Of a stretch of DNA of 60,367 bases, positions 32,716 to 41,153 are shown piece after piece. This DNA is from Acidimicrobiia bacterium (GTDB lineage Bacteria; Actinomycetota; Acidimicrobiia; Spongiisociales; UBA5794), in contig JASJAX010000045.1 of NCBI GenBank assembly GCA_030066755.1, positions 1-60,367 of the forward strand. The letters are read 5' to 3'. The translations under genes and the position numbers were made by a program. The stretch's first letter is position 1; each line of letters begins with the position of its first letter. The notes beneath the pieces are model-generated. The model searched no databases, had not been told where the DNA came from, and saw only the letters and a program-made list of their open reading frames with translations.

Positions 32716-34026
32716 ATGACCTCACATGCCCGGATTTCAACGGTCGTTGTCGCCCTCCTCCTGCTGCTTGTCGTCGCACCGGCGGCACTTGCGGCCGAAC
32801 CGGCCGATGTTGCCCAGGAGATTCGTGACGATGGTGTCTTCGTCGAGTCCGGCTCGGACCTCTCAGAGGCGGACGCCGGCGAACTCGTCGCCGCCGTGCG
32901 CAACCAGGGCGAGCGTTTTTCGATCGTCGTGCTGGCGGATGATCCCGGAAGTGGGGCCGTGGTCTTCGGTGATGCGGTCGTCGACCGACTGGGAGGCCTC
33001 GCCGGCCTCATCTTCGTGCTGACGCCGGACGATCTCGCCGTCGTCGGCAGCGGCGAGGTCTACACCCTCGATGAGATCGACGATGCCCTGGACGAGGCGA
33101 TCGACGCCGGCGGGTCCGACACCGCCTACGCCACGAACTTCGTCGAGGCGCTGACAGGGACCGACGTGGCGCTCGCTCCCGAGCCGAGCGAACCGGTGAC
33201 CTCGACCGACTCGGGCGGTGGCGGTGGGTTCGGCTTCATCGGGTTCATCGTGATCGTCGGTGGTGCACTGGTGCTCATCTTCTGGCTGGTGAGGCGGTCC
33301 AAGCGAAACGAGGACCTGCGTACCGAGAACCAACTGGCCGCTGCTCGGGCCGAGATCCAGGAGCAGATCGACGCCGTCGCCAATGATCTGCTGGACATGG
33401 AGGATGAGGTCCGGTCGGCCAACAACGACCGCGTCGACGATCTGTACAACGCGGCCGGCGAGGCGTACCAAGAGGCGTCGGATACGCTCGCCAAGGCGGA
33501 CTCTCCGCGCGAGTTCCTCGATATCGCCAACGACCTCGAGGTCGCCATCTGGCAGCTCGATTCGGCTGAAGCCCTCCTGGACGGCAAACAGCCGCCGCCG
33601 AAGCCAACGCCCGAGCGGCTCGAACCAGCCGCTGTACCTGGTCCGGAACCCGCCGGCGGCACCGGTGGCGGGCCGCTGGGCGTGCCACCGCGGCCCACGT
33701 ATCCGAAGGGCGAATACGCCCGGCGTCCGACCCGGCGGAGTTCCGGGATGTCCCCGAATCTGATCGAGATGCTGATCACCCTCGGCGCAGGCGCCTTGGC
33801 GGGCCGTTCGCGTGGTCCGGCACCGGCGCCCCGGGCGCGCACAACCCCAACGAGGAGGTCGCGGCCGTCCCGGCGTTCCGGCGGTGGGTTCCTGCCCAGT
33901 CCTTCGCGCAAGGGTTCGAGCTCGAGTCGCCCATCGCGCTCCAGTCGCTCGAGCCGCAGTTCCGGTCGTTCGAGCCGCCGCGGCACCGGTGGCCGCATCC
34001 GCACCGGCCGCAAACGCCGCAAGTAG
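32716..34026 (+). CDS. Membrane protein: extracytoplasmic TPM-like domain, TM helix, cytoplasmic coiled coil and an Arg/Ser-rich tail
   Basis: A signal peptide (VVALLLLLVVAPAALA) is followed by a domain of about 130 aa and a TM helix (FIGFIVIVGGALVLIFWLV). A helical region follows. The C-terminus reads RSSRSSRSSGRSSRRGTGGRIRTGRKRRK. Confidence 0.6.
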   Translation: MTSHARISTVVVALLLLLVVAPAALAAEPADVAQEIRDDGVFVESGSDLSEADAGELVAAVRNQGERFSIVVLADDPGSGAVVFGDAVVDRLGGLAGLIFVLTPDDLAVVGSGEVYTLDEIDDALDEAIDAGGSDTAYATNFVEALTGTDVALAPEPSEPVTSTDSGGGGGFGFIGFIVIVGGALVLIFWLVRRSKRNEDLRTENQLAAARAEIQEQIDAVANDLLDMEDEVRSANNDRVDDLYNAAGEAYQEASDTLAKADSPREFLDIANDLEVAIWQLDSAEALLDGKQPPPKPTPERLEPAAVPGPEPAGGTGGGPLGVPPRPTYPKGEYARRPTRRSSGMSPNLIEMLITLGAGALAGRSRGPAPAPRARTTPTRRSRPSRRSGGGFLPSPSRKGSSSSRPSRSSRSSRSSGRSSRRGTGGRIRTGRKRRK

Positions 34027-34034
34027 GCCGGCTG

Positions 34035-34083
34035 CTCGTACGGGCTACGGGCTACGAAGTACGTTGTACGGCGAACGGCCGAC
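34035..34083. repeat. Heptanucleotide tandem repeat, 7 units (GNNNNAC)
   Basis: The units are CTCGTAC GGGCTAC GGGCTAC GAAGTAC GTTGTAC GGCGAAC GGCCGAC. The last two units run into a hairpin arm. Confidence 0.65.
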
Positions 34084-34094
34084 GGGCCGTTCGC
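34071..34094 (+). terminator. Hairpin upstream of pspA
   Basis: GCGAACGGCC-gacg-GGCCGTTCGC forms a perfect 10-bp stem. A TAGAAT -10-like box follows at 34104-34109. Confidence 0.5.
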
Positions 34095-34142
34095 TCCACC
34101 AGGTAGAATCTGCGAACAGCAAACGTCACCGGAAGGACACCT

Positions 34143-34862
34143 ATGAGCTTCTTCAGGCGCCTCTGGGGGTACATCACGACCCTGTTCCGGCGTACCGCCG
34201 AGAGTGCGATGAATCCCGAGGTCGAGATCGAACAGGCCATCAATGAGGCCAAGAAGCGAGATCAGCAGCTGCGGAACCAGGCCGCCAAGGTCGTGGCGCA
34301 CCGTACGCAACTGGAATCCAAGATGGAGAAGGCCGCCGACGACGTGGGCGAGGCCCGGGAGATGGCCAAGCAGGCGATCATGAAGGCCGAGGAGGCCAAG
34401 GCCTCGGGCGATGTCGAAGCTCAGGCCAAGTGGACGAAGGCCGCCCAGTCGATTGCCATGAAGCTCCAGGCGAGTGAGAACAACCTCAACACGCTGAAGG
34501 CCCAGTACGAGACGGCGTCGGTGCAGGCCGAGAAGGCGAAGACTGCGGTTCAGCAGAATGCGATGCGGGTCTCCGAGCTCGCCGCCAAGCGGTTGGAGCT
34601 GCTCGGCACGCTCGAAGCGGCGAAGATGCAGGAGTCGGTCAACAAGGCGGTCGATGCGCTGTCCAACACGATGGACTACGACATGCCGTCCCTCGAGAAG
34701 ATCGAGGAGAAGATCGAGTCCCGCAAGGCTGAGGCGATGGCCAAAGCCGAATTGCGAGAGGCGACGCCCGAAGGCTCCGAGTTGGAGCTGAAGGAGGCCA
34801 TCTCGATGGCCCAGGCCGATGCCAAGCTCGACGAACTGAAGGCGGAGCTCGGACTCAACTGA
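34143..34862 (+). CDS. pspA: PspA/IM30 family protein
   Basis: The protein is 239 aa and all coiled coil, with the family pattern MSFFRRLWGY...AINEAKKRDQQL. Confidence 0.85.
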   Translation: MSFFRRLWGYITTLFRRTAESAMNPEVEIEQAINEAKKRDQQLRNQAAKVVAHRTQLESKMEKAADDVGEAREMAKQAIMKAEEAKASGDVEAQAKWTKAAQSIAMKLQASENNLNTLKAQYETASVQAEKAKTAVQQNAMRVSELAAKRLELLGTLEAAKMQESVNKAVDALSNTMDYDMPSLEKIEEKIESRKAEAMAKAELREATPEGSELELKEAISMAQADAKLDELKAELGLN

Positions 34863-34878
34863 GCTTCGACATCAAAGC

Positions 34879-34911
34879 CACCAGCCCCGGTCTCAGCCCC
34901 CGGGGCTGGTG
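34879..34911. terminator. Hairpin between convergent pspA and the giant regulator gene
   Basis: CACCAGCCCCGG, a 9-nt loop, and CCGGGGCTGGTG form a perfect 12-bp stem. Confidence 0.55.
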
Positions 34912-34991
34912 CGCGTGTATCGGGGTTTCCCGCCGATACGTTCGAGTTTGAGCCTTGCCCAAACTCCAGTCCAGTCTTGGCGGTCGTCCGT

Positions 34992-37900
34992 CTATTCGTC
35001 GAGGGAGCACTCGTCGAAGTAGTACGTGCACAGCTCCGCGTCGGTGAGTCCGCGGTGGAGGCGACTCTTGGCGATCTCGATGAGATCGTCGAGGTCCAGC
35101 GCCCACACCTGGGTCAGGCCGGAGATGCCGTCGTACCCAGACGTTGCGAGCATGTTCCCGTCCGGGCTCAGTGCCAGGTGGCTCACGAGGTAGCCCTGGT
35201 TGAGGAGGAGTTGCTCGCGTCCGGTCGCAGCGTCCCAGAACCGAATCGTCCCGTCCTCACCCGTACTGACGATTGTTGCGCCTGCGTCTGCCCAGTGAGC
35301 GTCTTCAACCGGCCCAACGTGGCCGCGCAATTCCTGAACGATGCGCTTGCTGGTGTAGTCCCAGATCTTGATCACGCCGTCGGATCCGGCGGTGAGAAGT
35401 GTCTCGCCATCGGGGCTGAAGCGAACGGCGCCGTGGAATGCCGGACCGTGGGTGCCGATGCGGGACGGCCTCTCTGTCCTGAGGTCCCAGATCAGGACGT
35501 TGTTCTCCCGGGCGCCGGTGGTGACTGCGAGCAGATTTCCGTCCGGGTGGAAGTCCACTCGGAATCCGGCTTTGGAGTTGCTCAATGACGGCGCCGAGAA
35601 GACTTCGTTGGCTGTCGCAACGTCCCAGACGCGGAGGATGGGCTGTCGCGTTTCTTGATGCCACACCGTTGCAGCAACCAACGTGCCGTCGTTGCTGAAG
35701 TCGACGCCGCCTCGTGCCGCGACGCCGCTGACCAGATGAGTCTCTTCGCCCGACTCGAGATCCCACAGAATCACCGAGCCATCAACCCCGGCGCCGTCCC
35801 AGGCAGTCGTAACGAGCTTGGTGCCATCCGGGTTGAAGGCCGCTCCTTCGGCCGCCCCCAAACCACCACTGACCAGCCGGCCCGCGCCCTCGAGCACCGT
35901 CGCCTGCTCCCATGTGGTCGTGTTGAAGAGGGCAACGTGTTGGTCGGAGTCCCACGATGTTGCGAGATTCGATCCGTCGGGAGAGAACACAATGGCCGCC
36001 CCCGATGTTGGGTCGATGACACCCCACTCACCTCCACTTCTGCGTGAGATATCCCAGACGCGGGTGCGTTCGGTACCTTCCCAGTGGGTCGTCGTGACGA
36101 GCTTCGTTCCGTCGGGGCCGAACTCCATATCGCCGATGAAATCGGTATGGCCATACAAACGCTCGATGAGTCTGAAGCCTGTACGCGAGACTCGCCACAG
36201 CTCGAGATCTCCGCCGGATCCGCCTATTGCGATGAGATCATCGACGGCGCTGACTGCCGTCGTTTGGATTGAGCCCTCGGACGGTTGTGTGCGAACGAGC
36301 GACCCATCTCCGGCGTCGTACAAGCGGATGGTCCCGTCGTACGAAGTGGTCACGACGTGCTCTCCGCTCGAGAGGAACTTGGCGGTGAGCGTGGTGAACG
36401 GGGCCTCGAGGCGCACGGCGATCTCGCCCGATGCGACATCGAGGATCCAGGCCTCGGTGTCGCCCGGACCGGCGACAGCCAGGTGTTCGCCGCGCGGGCT
36501 GAAGGTCAAATCACGCACGTGCCACCCGGTCGTCTCGGTGCTCCAAAGCATCTGGCCCGGGTCATCGGCTTCCCGGAAATCCGGACCGGGACCCGAATCC
36601 TCGAATACTCGTTCGACGTCCCACACCCGGACCCAACCGTCGGTGTTCCCGGCGGCGAGTAGCGCGCCGTCCCGGCTGAAAGAAATGGCCGTGATCTCCG
36701 GCTTCATGCCGATGACCTGGCTCGACAACAGCTCGCCGGTGGCCGCGTCGAAGATCGCGATTTCGCTGATCTCGGGGCCCACGGCAGCGACATACCGCCC
36801 GTCCGCGCTTGCGGCAATTGGAGTATTTGCAAGAAGGCGAACGTCGCCGCCCAGCTGGAAGGGGTCGTACCTGACAGAGCTCGTACCGGTAGCGGGATCC
36901 CACCGCTCAGTTCGCGACCCGGCGATCACGACATCGCCGTCGGGGAGCACGGCCGCATCCCATCCGCTCGGCAGGTCGAGGTACGGCCGCGCCGCCATCA
37001 CGGCTGCGTGCAACGCTTCGGTCGCCTCCCGGGTCACACCCTCGCCGGCGTCGCGGGTAACGCCGGCTGCCTCGAGCGCAAGGAGGATCGCCAACTCCGG
37101 GTCGATCGTCTGTGCAGCAGCCGATGCCGACGCCAGTTCCCTTGCACGAGATGCCCGGTGGGCGGTTGCCAGCCCTTCTGCGCTGATCTCAGCGGCCTTC
37201 TGCAGCCGCTCTGCCTCCGCCGCGCTCGCTTCTGCCTCTGCTGCGCTCACCTCGGCAGCTGCTTGCTGCGTCTGCGCCTCTGTCGCGTTTCGCTCGGCCG
37301 CCTGCTGGTTCACGAACGCCACGACCGCAAGCACGACAGCAACTACGGCAGCGCAGGCGAATCCCGCCATCACGATGCGTCGCCTTTCACGCTGTCGCCG
37401 GTCCAGGTCGTCGGCTTGCGTCCGGCTCGCCTGGAGGTACTCGGATTCCTCACTCGTCAATGACAGGTCCGTCTCCTGTGCCCAGGTCTCGAAGTGGTCG
37501 AGCCGGCCTCCCGACAGGAGGTATGCCGGCTCACGCGACTGGTCCCGCCACTCGGCAACGGCCTCGTGAAGCCGTCGCTCCAGGACGAGATCGTCGCGGC
37601 GGTCATCGATCCAGGACCGCAGCCTCGGCCAGCGATCGAGGATTGCCTCGTGGGCGACCTCGACGGTTGGCGTACGCGTGGTTGGATCCCGGTCGAACGT
37701 CAGCAGTCGACTTTCGCCGAAGACCGCCAGGACCCGATCGAGGGCTGCGGTCTCCACCGGAAGGCGGTGGAACTCGTCGAGGGCGACTCGGCGCTTCGTG
37801 CAGTCGCCACCCTCGTCAACGGCCACGAGTCGGAGGAACAGCTGTCGCGCCGCCTCTCTGGCCGGCTCGTCGAGGTGGTTGAAGCGGTCCTCGGCTCGCG

Positions 37901-40259
37901 CTCCGAGCGCCCCGAGCACGCCGCCCGACGCCTCATATGTGGATCGTTCGATCCGCCCTTCGCTGCGTCGCTCGAACAGCTCGGTGAGCGCGAACTCCAG
38001 GAGCGGGAGACCACCCGGCTGGTCACGGACGTCGCGTACGAGGTCAGTGTCGATGCCGGCCTCGAGTTCGATCCCGACCGCCTGGGCCGGGCGGGTGATC
38101 ACCGCAACGAGTTCCGGCTCGGACAGCGGGGTCACCATCACTGCAGCGTGGCGCACGAGGTCGCCGAATCTGGCGTGCGATAGCGGCCGATCGAGGAAGT
38201 CCGCACGCAACGTGATCACGACGCGGATCCGGTTGCCTGGATCCGTTGCGAGCTGCGCAAGCGTGTCCATGAAGGTCCGACGTATGTCGTCCGCCGGGCT
38301 GAGGGTGAAGAGCTCCTCGAACTGATCAACGATGAGCAGGAGCCGACTCGTCGCCGGGAGCAATCCGCGGACCTTGGCCACGGCATTTGCCGGGTCGTTG
38401 CGAAGACGAGCACCGAGATCGGCAACGGGCTCGACGGCGACGCCGAGGAGCGCCGCTTCGAGCTCGCCGAACGGATCGCCACCAGGGAAGAGATCGGCGA
38501 TCAGCCAACCCCCGTCGAGTCGTCCGGATCGGATAGCCGGGACCAGGCCGGCATGAACGGCACTCGACTTGCCGCTGCCCGAGGCTCCAATGACGGCGAC
38601 GAGACCATGGTGTGCGACGGCATCGAGGAGATCGTTGACGAGGGATGCGCGACCGAAGAAGTCCCCGGCGTCAGCTTCCGAGAACGCTCGGAGGCCTTTG
38701 TACGGGTTGCGGATGGTCTCGGGCTCCGAAGCAGGGGCGCGGCGTGGTGCAATCAGTCGGCGGAGGTCGTCGAGGAACTCGTCGATGGAGCGATACCGGT
38801 CGGCCGGTTGGGGTGCGATGGCCGTTCCGACCACATCGGCCAGCTCCGGCTCGAGTTCGGCCAGAGCCGGACCGGTGGAGTCCGGCTTGGGCACGTCGCC
38901 GGCCAACGCAGCCAGCGCAAGCATGCCGAGGCCGTGGACGTCAGACCGGACGGTCGCCGTGTGTCCTGCCGACTGTTCGGGAGAGGTGAAGGTCGAGGCT
39001 TCGGTGTCCCGATCCCCCAGCCGGCGTGCGATACCGAAGTCGGCGAGGTAGGCATCCCCGTCCTCGCTGAGGAGCACGTTGCCCGGATGAACGTCGCAGT
39101 GCACGACCCCGCGGCTGTGGGCGTACGCCAACGCCGAGCCGACCTGTTCGACGATCCGCAGCGACTTCTTGGGCTCGAGCGGTCCGGTCCCAAGCGTGTG
39201 CCACAGGTTCCGCCCTCGCATGAGCGGCATCACGAGGTACGCCGCGTCCGGCTCGCGCCAGAAGTCGTAGAGCGGCACGATGTGCGGATGGGCCAGCTGA
39301 GCAACGATTCGTGCCTCCGACTCGAATCGCTGGACGAACTCGGCATGATTCGCCACCTCTGCGGGTACCGCCTTGATCGCCACCTCACGGCCAACACTCG
39401 GTTGGTACGCCCGGTACGTGACGCCCGAGGCGCCTTCGCCGATCGGGCCGCGCAGCTCGTAGCCACGTACGCGCGAAGGTGCAGTCTCGACGGGTGAGGG
39501 ACTCAGCAACACCGGATCCTGCTGGAGGATGCGATCCTCCAGGTTGCGCAGTTCGGCTGAGGGCTCGATGCCCAGCTCAGCCAGGACGTCGCCGGCCCGA
39601 GTGAACGCACGGAGCGCATCCGCCTGTCGTCCCGATCGGTAGAGCGCGACCATGAGTTGGCCCCACATCCGCTCGCGGAATGGGTGCCGCTCGATGAGGG
39701 TCTCGAGTTCTCCGATCAACGAAGCGTGGCGACCGAGTCGCAGCTCGCAGTCGACACGGAGCTCGAAGGCCGTCGACTGCAGTTCCTCGAGGCGGCGGAT
39801 TTCGGCTTGGGCAAAGGGCTCGTAGGCCACGTCCGCGTAGGGTCGGCCACGCCACAGCTGGAGGGCGTCGTTGAGGGTCGACAGCGCGCCCTCTGGATCG
39901 GACTGAGCCGCACTCTCGGCCGCTTTGAGCCGGTCCTCGAACAGGGTGGCGTCGAGCGCGGCAGGGTCGACGTGCAGCATGTAGCCGGGTGAGCGGGTCT
40001 CGAGGAGGCTCGACTTCGCCCCAGTCGCACGGTCCGGCTCCAGCGCCTTGCGCAGATGGGCCACGTGTACCTGGAGCGTCTTTCCGCCGCCGGCTGGCGG
40101 ATCATCACCCCACAGCTCATCGAGAATCCGATCGGTGGCCAACACCTCGTTGGCGTGGATCAGCAGCAGGGCGAGCAGAGCTCGTTGCTTCGGGCGCCCG
40201 AGGTCGATCGGTTGTTTGGCTTCCCCCGCTTCGATCGTGCCCAGCACCCGGAATTCCAT
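34992..40259 (-). CDS. Multidomain signalling protein: SARP (OmpR-type wHTH + BTAD), Ser/Thr protein kinase, STAND-type P-loop NTPase, TM helix, coiled coil, and about 14 WD40 repeats
   Basis: I place the start at ATG 40259 (MEFRVLGTIEAG). The BTAD region includes LWRGRPYADV and ALYRSGRQADAL. Kinase motifs are GEGASGVTY, VAIK, HCDVHPGN and ADFG. The NTPase begins NPYKGLRAFSEADAGDFFGR and carries GASGSGKSS and LLIVDQFEE. The TM helix is encoded at 37308-37370 and is preceded by RRQRERRR. WD40 units carry WD dipeptides through to the C-terminus. Confidence 0.85.
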   Translation of the reverse strand: MEFRVLGTIEAGEAKQPIDLGRPKQRALLALLLIHANEVLATDRILDELWGDDPPAGGGKTLQVHVAHLRKALEPDRATGAKSSLLETRSPGYMLHVDPAALDATLFEDRLKAAESAAQSDPEGALSTLNDALQLWRGRPYADVAYEPFAQAEIRRLEELQSTAFELRVDCELRLGRHASLIGELETLIERHPFRERMWGQLMVALYRSGRQADALRAFTRAGDVLAELGIEPSAELRNLEDRILQQDPVLLSPSPVETAPSRVRGYELRGPIGEGASGVTYRAYQPSVGREVAIKAVPAEVANHAEFVQRFESEARIVAQLAHPHIVPLYDFWREPDAAYLVMPLMRGRNLWHTLGTGPLEPKKSLRIVEQVGSALAYAHSRGVVHCDVHPGNVLLSEDGDAYLADFGIARRLGDRDTEASTFTSPEQSAGHTATVRSDVHGLGMLALAALAGDVPKPDSTGPALAELEPELADVVGTAIAPQPADRYRSIDEFLDDLRRLIAPRRAPASEPETIRNPYKGLRAFSEADAGDFFGRASLVNDLLDAVAHHGLVAVIGASGSGKSSAVHAGLVPAIRSGRLDGGWLIADLFPGGDPFGELEAALLGVAVEPVADLGARLRNDPANAVAKVRGLLPATSRLLLIVDQFEELFTLSPADDIRRTFMDTLAQLATDPGNRIRVVITLRADFLDRPLSHARFGDLVRHAAVMVTPLSEPELVAVITRPAQAVGIELEAGIDTDLVRDVRDQPGGLPLLEFALTELFERRSEGRIERSTYEASGGVLGALGARAEDRFNHLDEPAREAARQLFLRLVAVDEGGDCTKRRVALDEFHRLPVETAALDRVLAVFGESRLLTFDRDPTTRTPTVEVAHEAILDRWPRLRSWIDDRRDDLVLERRLHEAVAEWRDQSREPAYLLSGGRLDHFETWAQETDLSLTSEESEYLQASRTQADDLDRRQRERRRIVMAGFACAAVVAVVLAVVAFVNQQAAERNATEAQTQQAAAEVSAAEAEASAAEAERLQKAAEISAEGLATAHRASRARELASASAAAQTIDPELAILLALEAAGVTRDAGEGVTREATEALHAAVMAARPYLDLPSGWDAAVLPDGDVVIAGSRTERWDPATGTSSVRYDPFQLGGDVRLLANTPIAASADGRYVAAVGPEISEIAIFDAATGELLSSQVIGMKPEITAISFSRDGALLAAGNTDGWVRVWDVERVFEDSGPGPDFREADDPGQMLWSTETTGWHVRDLTFSPRGEHLAVAGPGDTEAWILDVASGEIAVRLEAPFTTLTAKFLSSGEHVVTTSYDGTIRLYDAGDGSLVRTQPSEGSIQTTAVSAVDDLIAIGGSGGDLELWRVSRTGFRLIERLYGHTDFIGDMEFGPDGTKLVTTTHWEGTERTRVWDISRRSGGEWGVIDPTSGAAIVFSPDGSNLATSWDSDQHVALFNTTTWEQATVLEGAGRLVSGGLGAAEGAAFNPDGTKLVTTAWDGAGVDGSVILWDLESGEETHLVSGVAARGGVDFSNDGTLVAATVWHQETRQPILRVWDVATANEVFSAPSLSNSKAGFRVDFHPDGNLLAVTTGARENNVLIWDLRTERPSRIGTHGPAFHGAVRFSPDGETLLTAGSDGVIKIWDYTSKRIVQELRGHVGPVEDAHWADAGATIVSTGEDGTIRFWDAATGREQLLLNQGYLVSHLALSPDGNMLATSGYDGISGLTQVWALDLDDLIEIAKSRLHRGLTDAELCTYYFDECSLDE

Positions 40260-40445
40260 CGCCGCTCCCGGCGGACGCGTGCAGCTCTCCATCGCAAGAA
40301 CGCACCTTCCAGTGTGCACCACAACGAACCGGGCAGCTAGACCCCATCAGCCTCCGCCGACCCTCCGACCAGGCGTTTTGGCGCGTTAAGCGGGAGGTAA
40401 CCCGGCGGAAAGGGTCCGCTAGGCGCTCCGGCGGACGGTGGCGGT

Positions 40446-41105
40446 ATGAAGACCGCAGCCATCACCACCACCGTTCTGGCCCTGGCCATCAGCCTCCAAG
40501 CCGATGCGTTCACCGCGGGCCCCGAGCTCACCACCGAACCCGAGCCCACGGTCATCACGATCGAGGCTCCAACCCATGATCACGCCGAGCATGCGCTGTG
40601 GGCGCTGCGGCGACTCGATCAGGCGGGCCTCGATCTGCCGACCATGACCATCGTCTTCCACGACAACTACGAGGCCTGCGGGATGCGTCAGGGCATGCTG
40701 CGGATCGCCGGCGACCAGATCACGCTCGATGAGTGCGAGCGACTGCCGCACGACATCCGTCGCAGCTTGCTGCACGAGCTGGTCCATGCCTGGGACTACG
40801 GGACGGATGCCCTCGCCGACGAGCTGCGAAACGATCTCCTGCGGCTCCGCAACCTCCAGTCGTGGGAGGGAGCGCATCTCGAATGGGAGCACCGTGGTGC
40901 AGAGCATGCGGCCGAGATCATCGCCTGGGGTCTGATGGAAGCGGAGATCCGGATCCCGTCCTCTGTCTGGGATGCGGGTTCCAACGGCACCGAGGAGCTG
41001 GCCGAGGCGTATCGGCTCCTCACGGGCAGCGATCCGCTGTGGCTGGGAACCGGACCAGAGAACACGGTGCGACCGGTCCCGAAAGGTGGGAGCGAGACCG
41101 CATGA
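40446..41105 (+). CDS. Secreted HExxH-motif protein (putative zincin-like metallopeptidase)
   Basis: A signal peptide (MKTAAITTTVLALAISLQADA) and the motif LLHELVHAWDYG are present. I do not securely recognise a family. Confidence 0.55.
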   Translation: MKTAAITTTVLALAISLQADAFTAGPELTTEPEPTVITIEAPTHDHAEHALWALRRLDQAGLDLPTMTIVFHDNYEACGMRQGMLRIAGDQITLDECERLPHDIRRSLLHELVHAWDYGTDALADELRNDLLRLRNLQSWEGAHLEWEHRGAEHAAEIIAWGLMEAEIRIPSSVWDAGSNGTEELAEAYRLLTGSDPLWLGTGPENTVRPVPKGGSETA

Positions 41106-41153
41106 CGTCAGAAGGTGCGCTCTAGGTAGCCGGGGCTCGTAACCTCTGGATTT

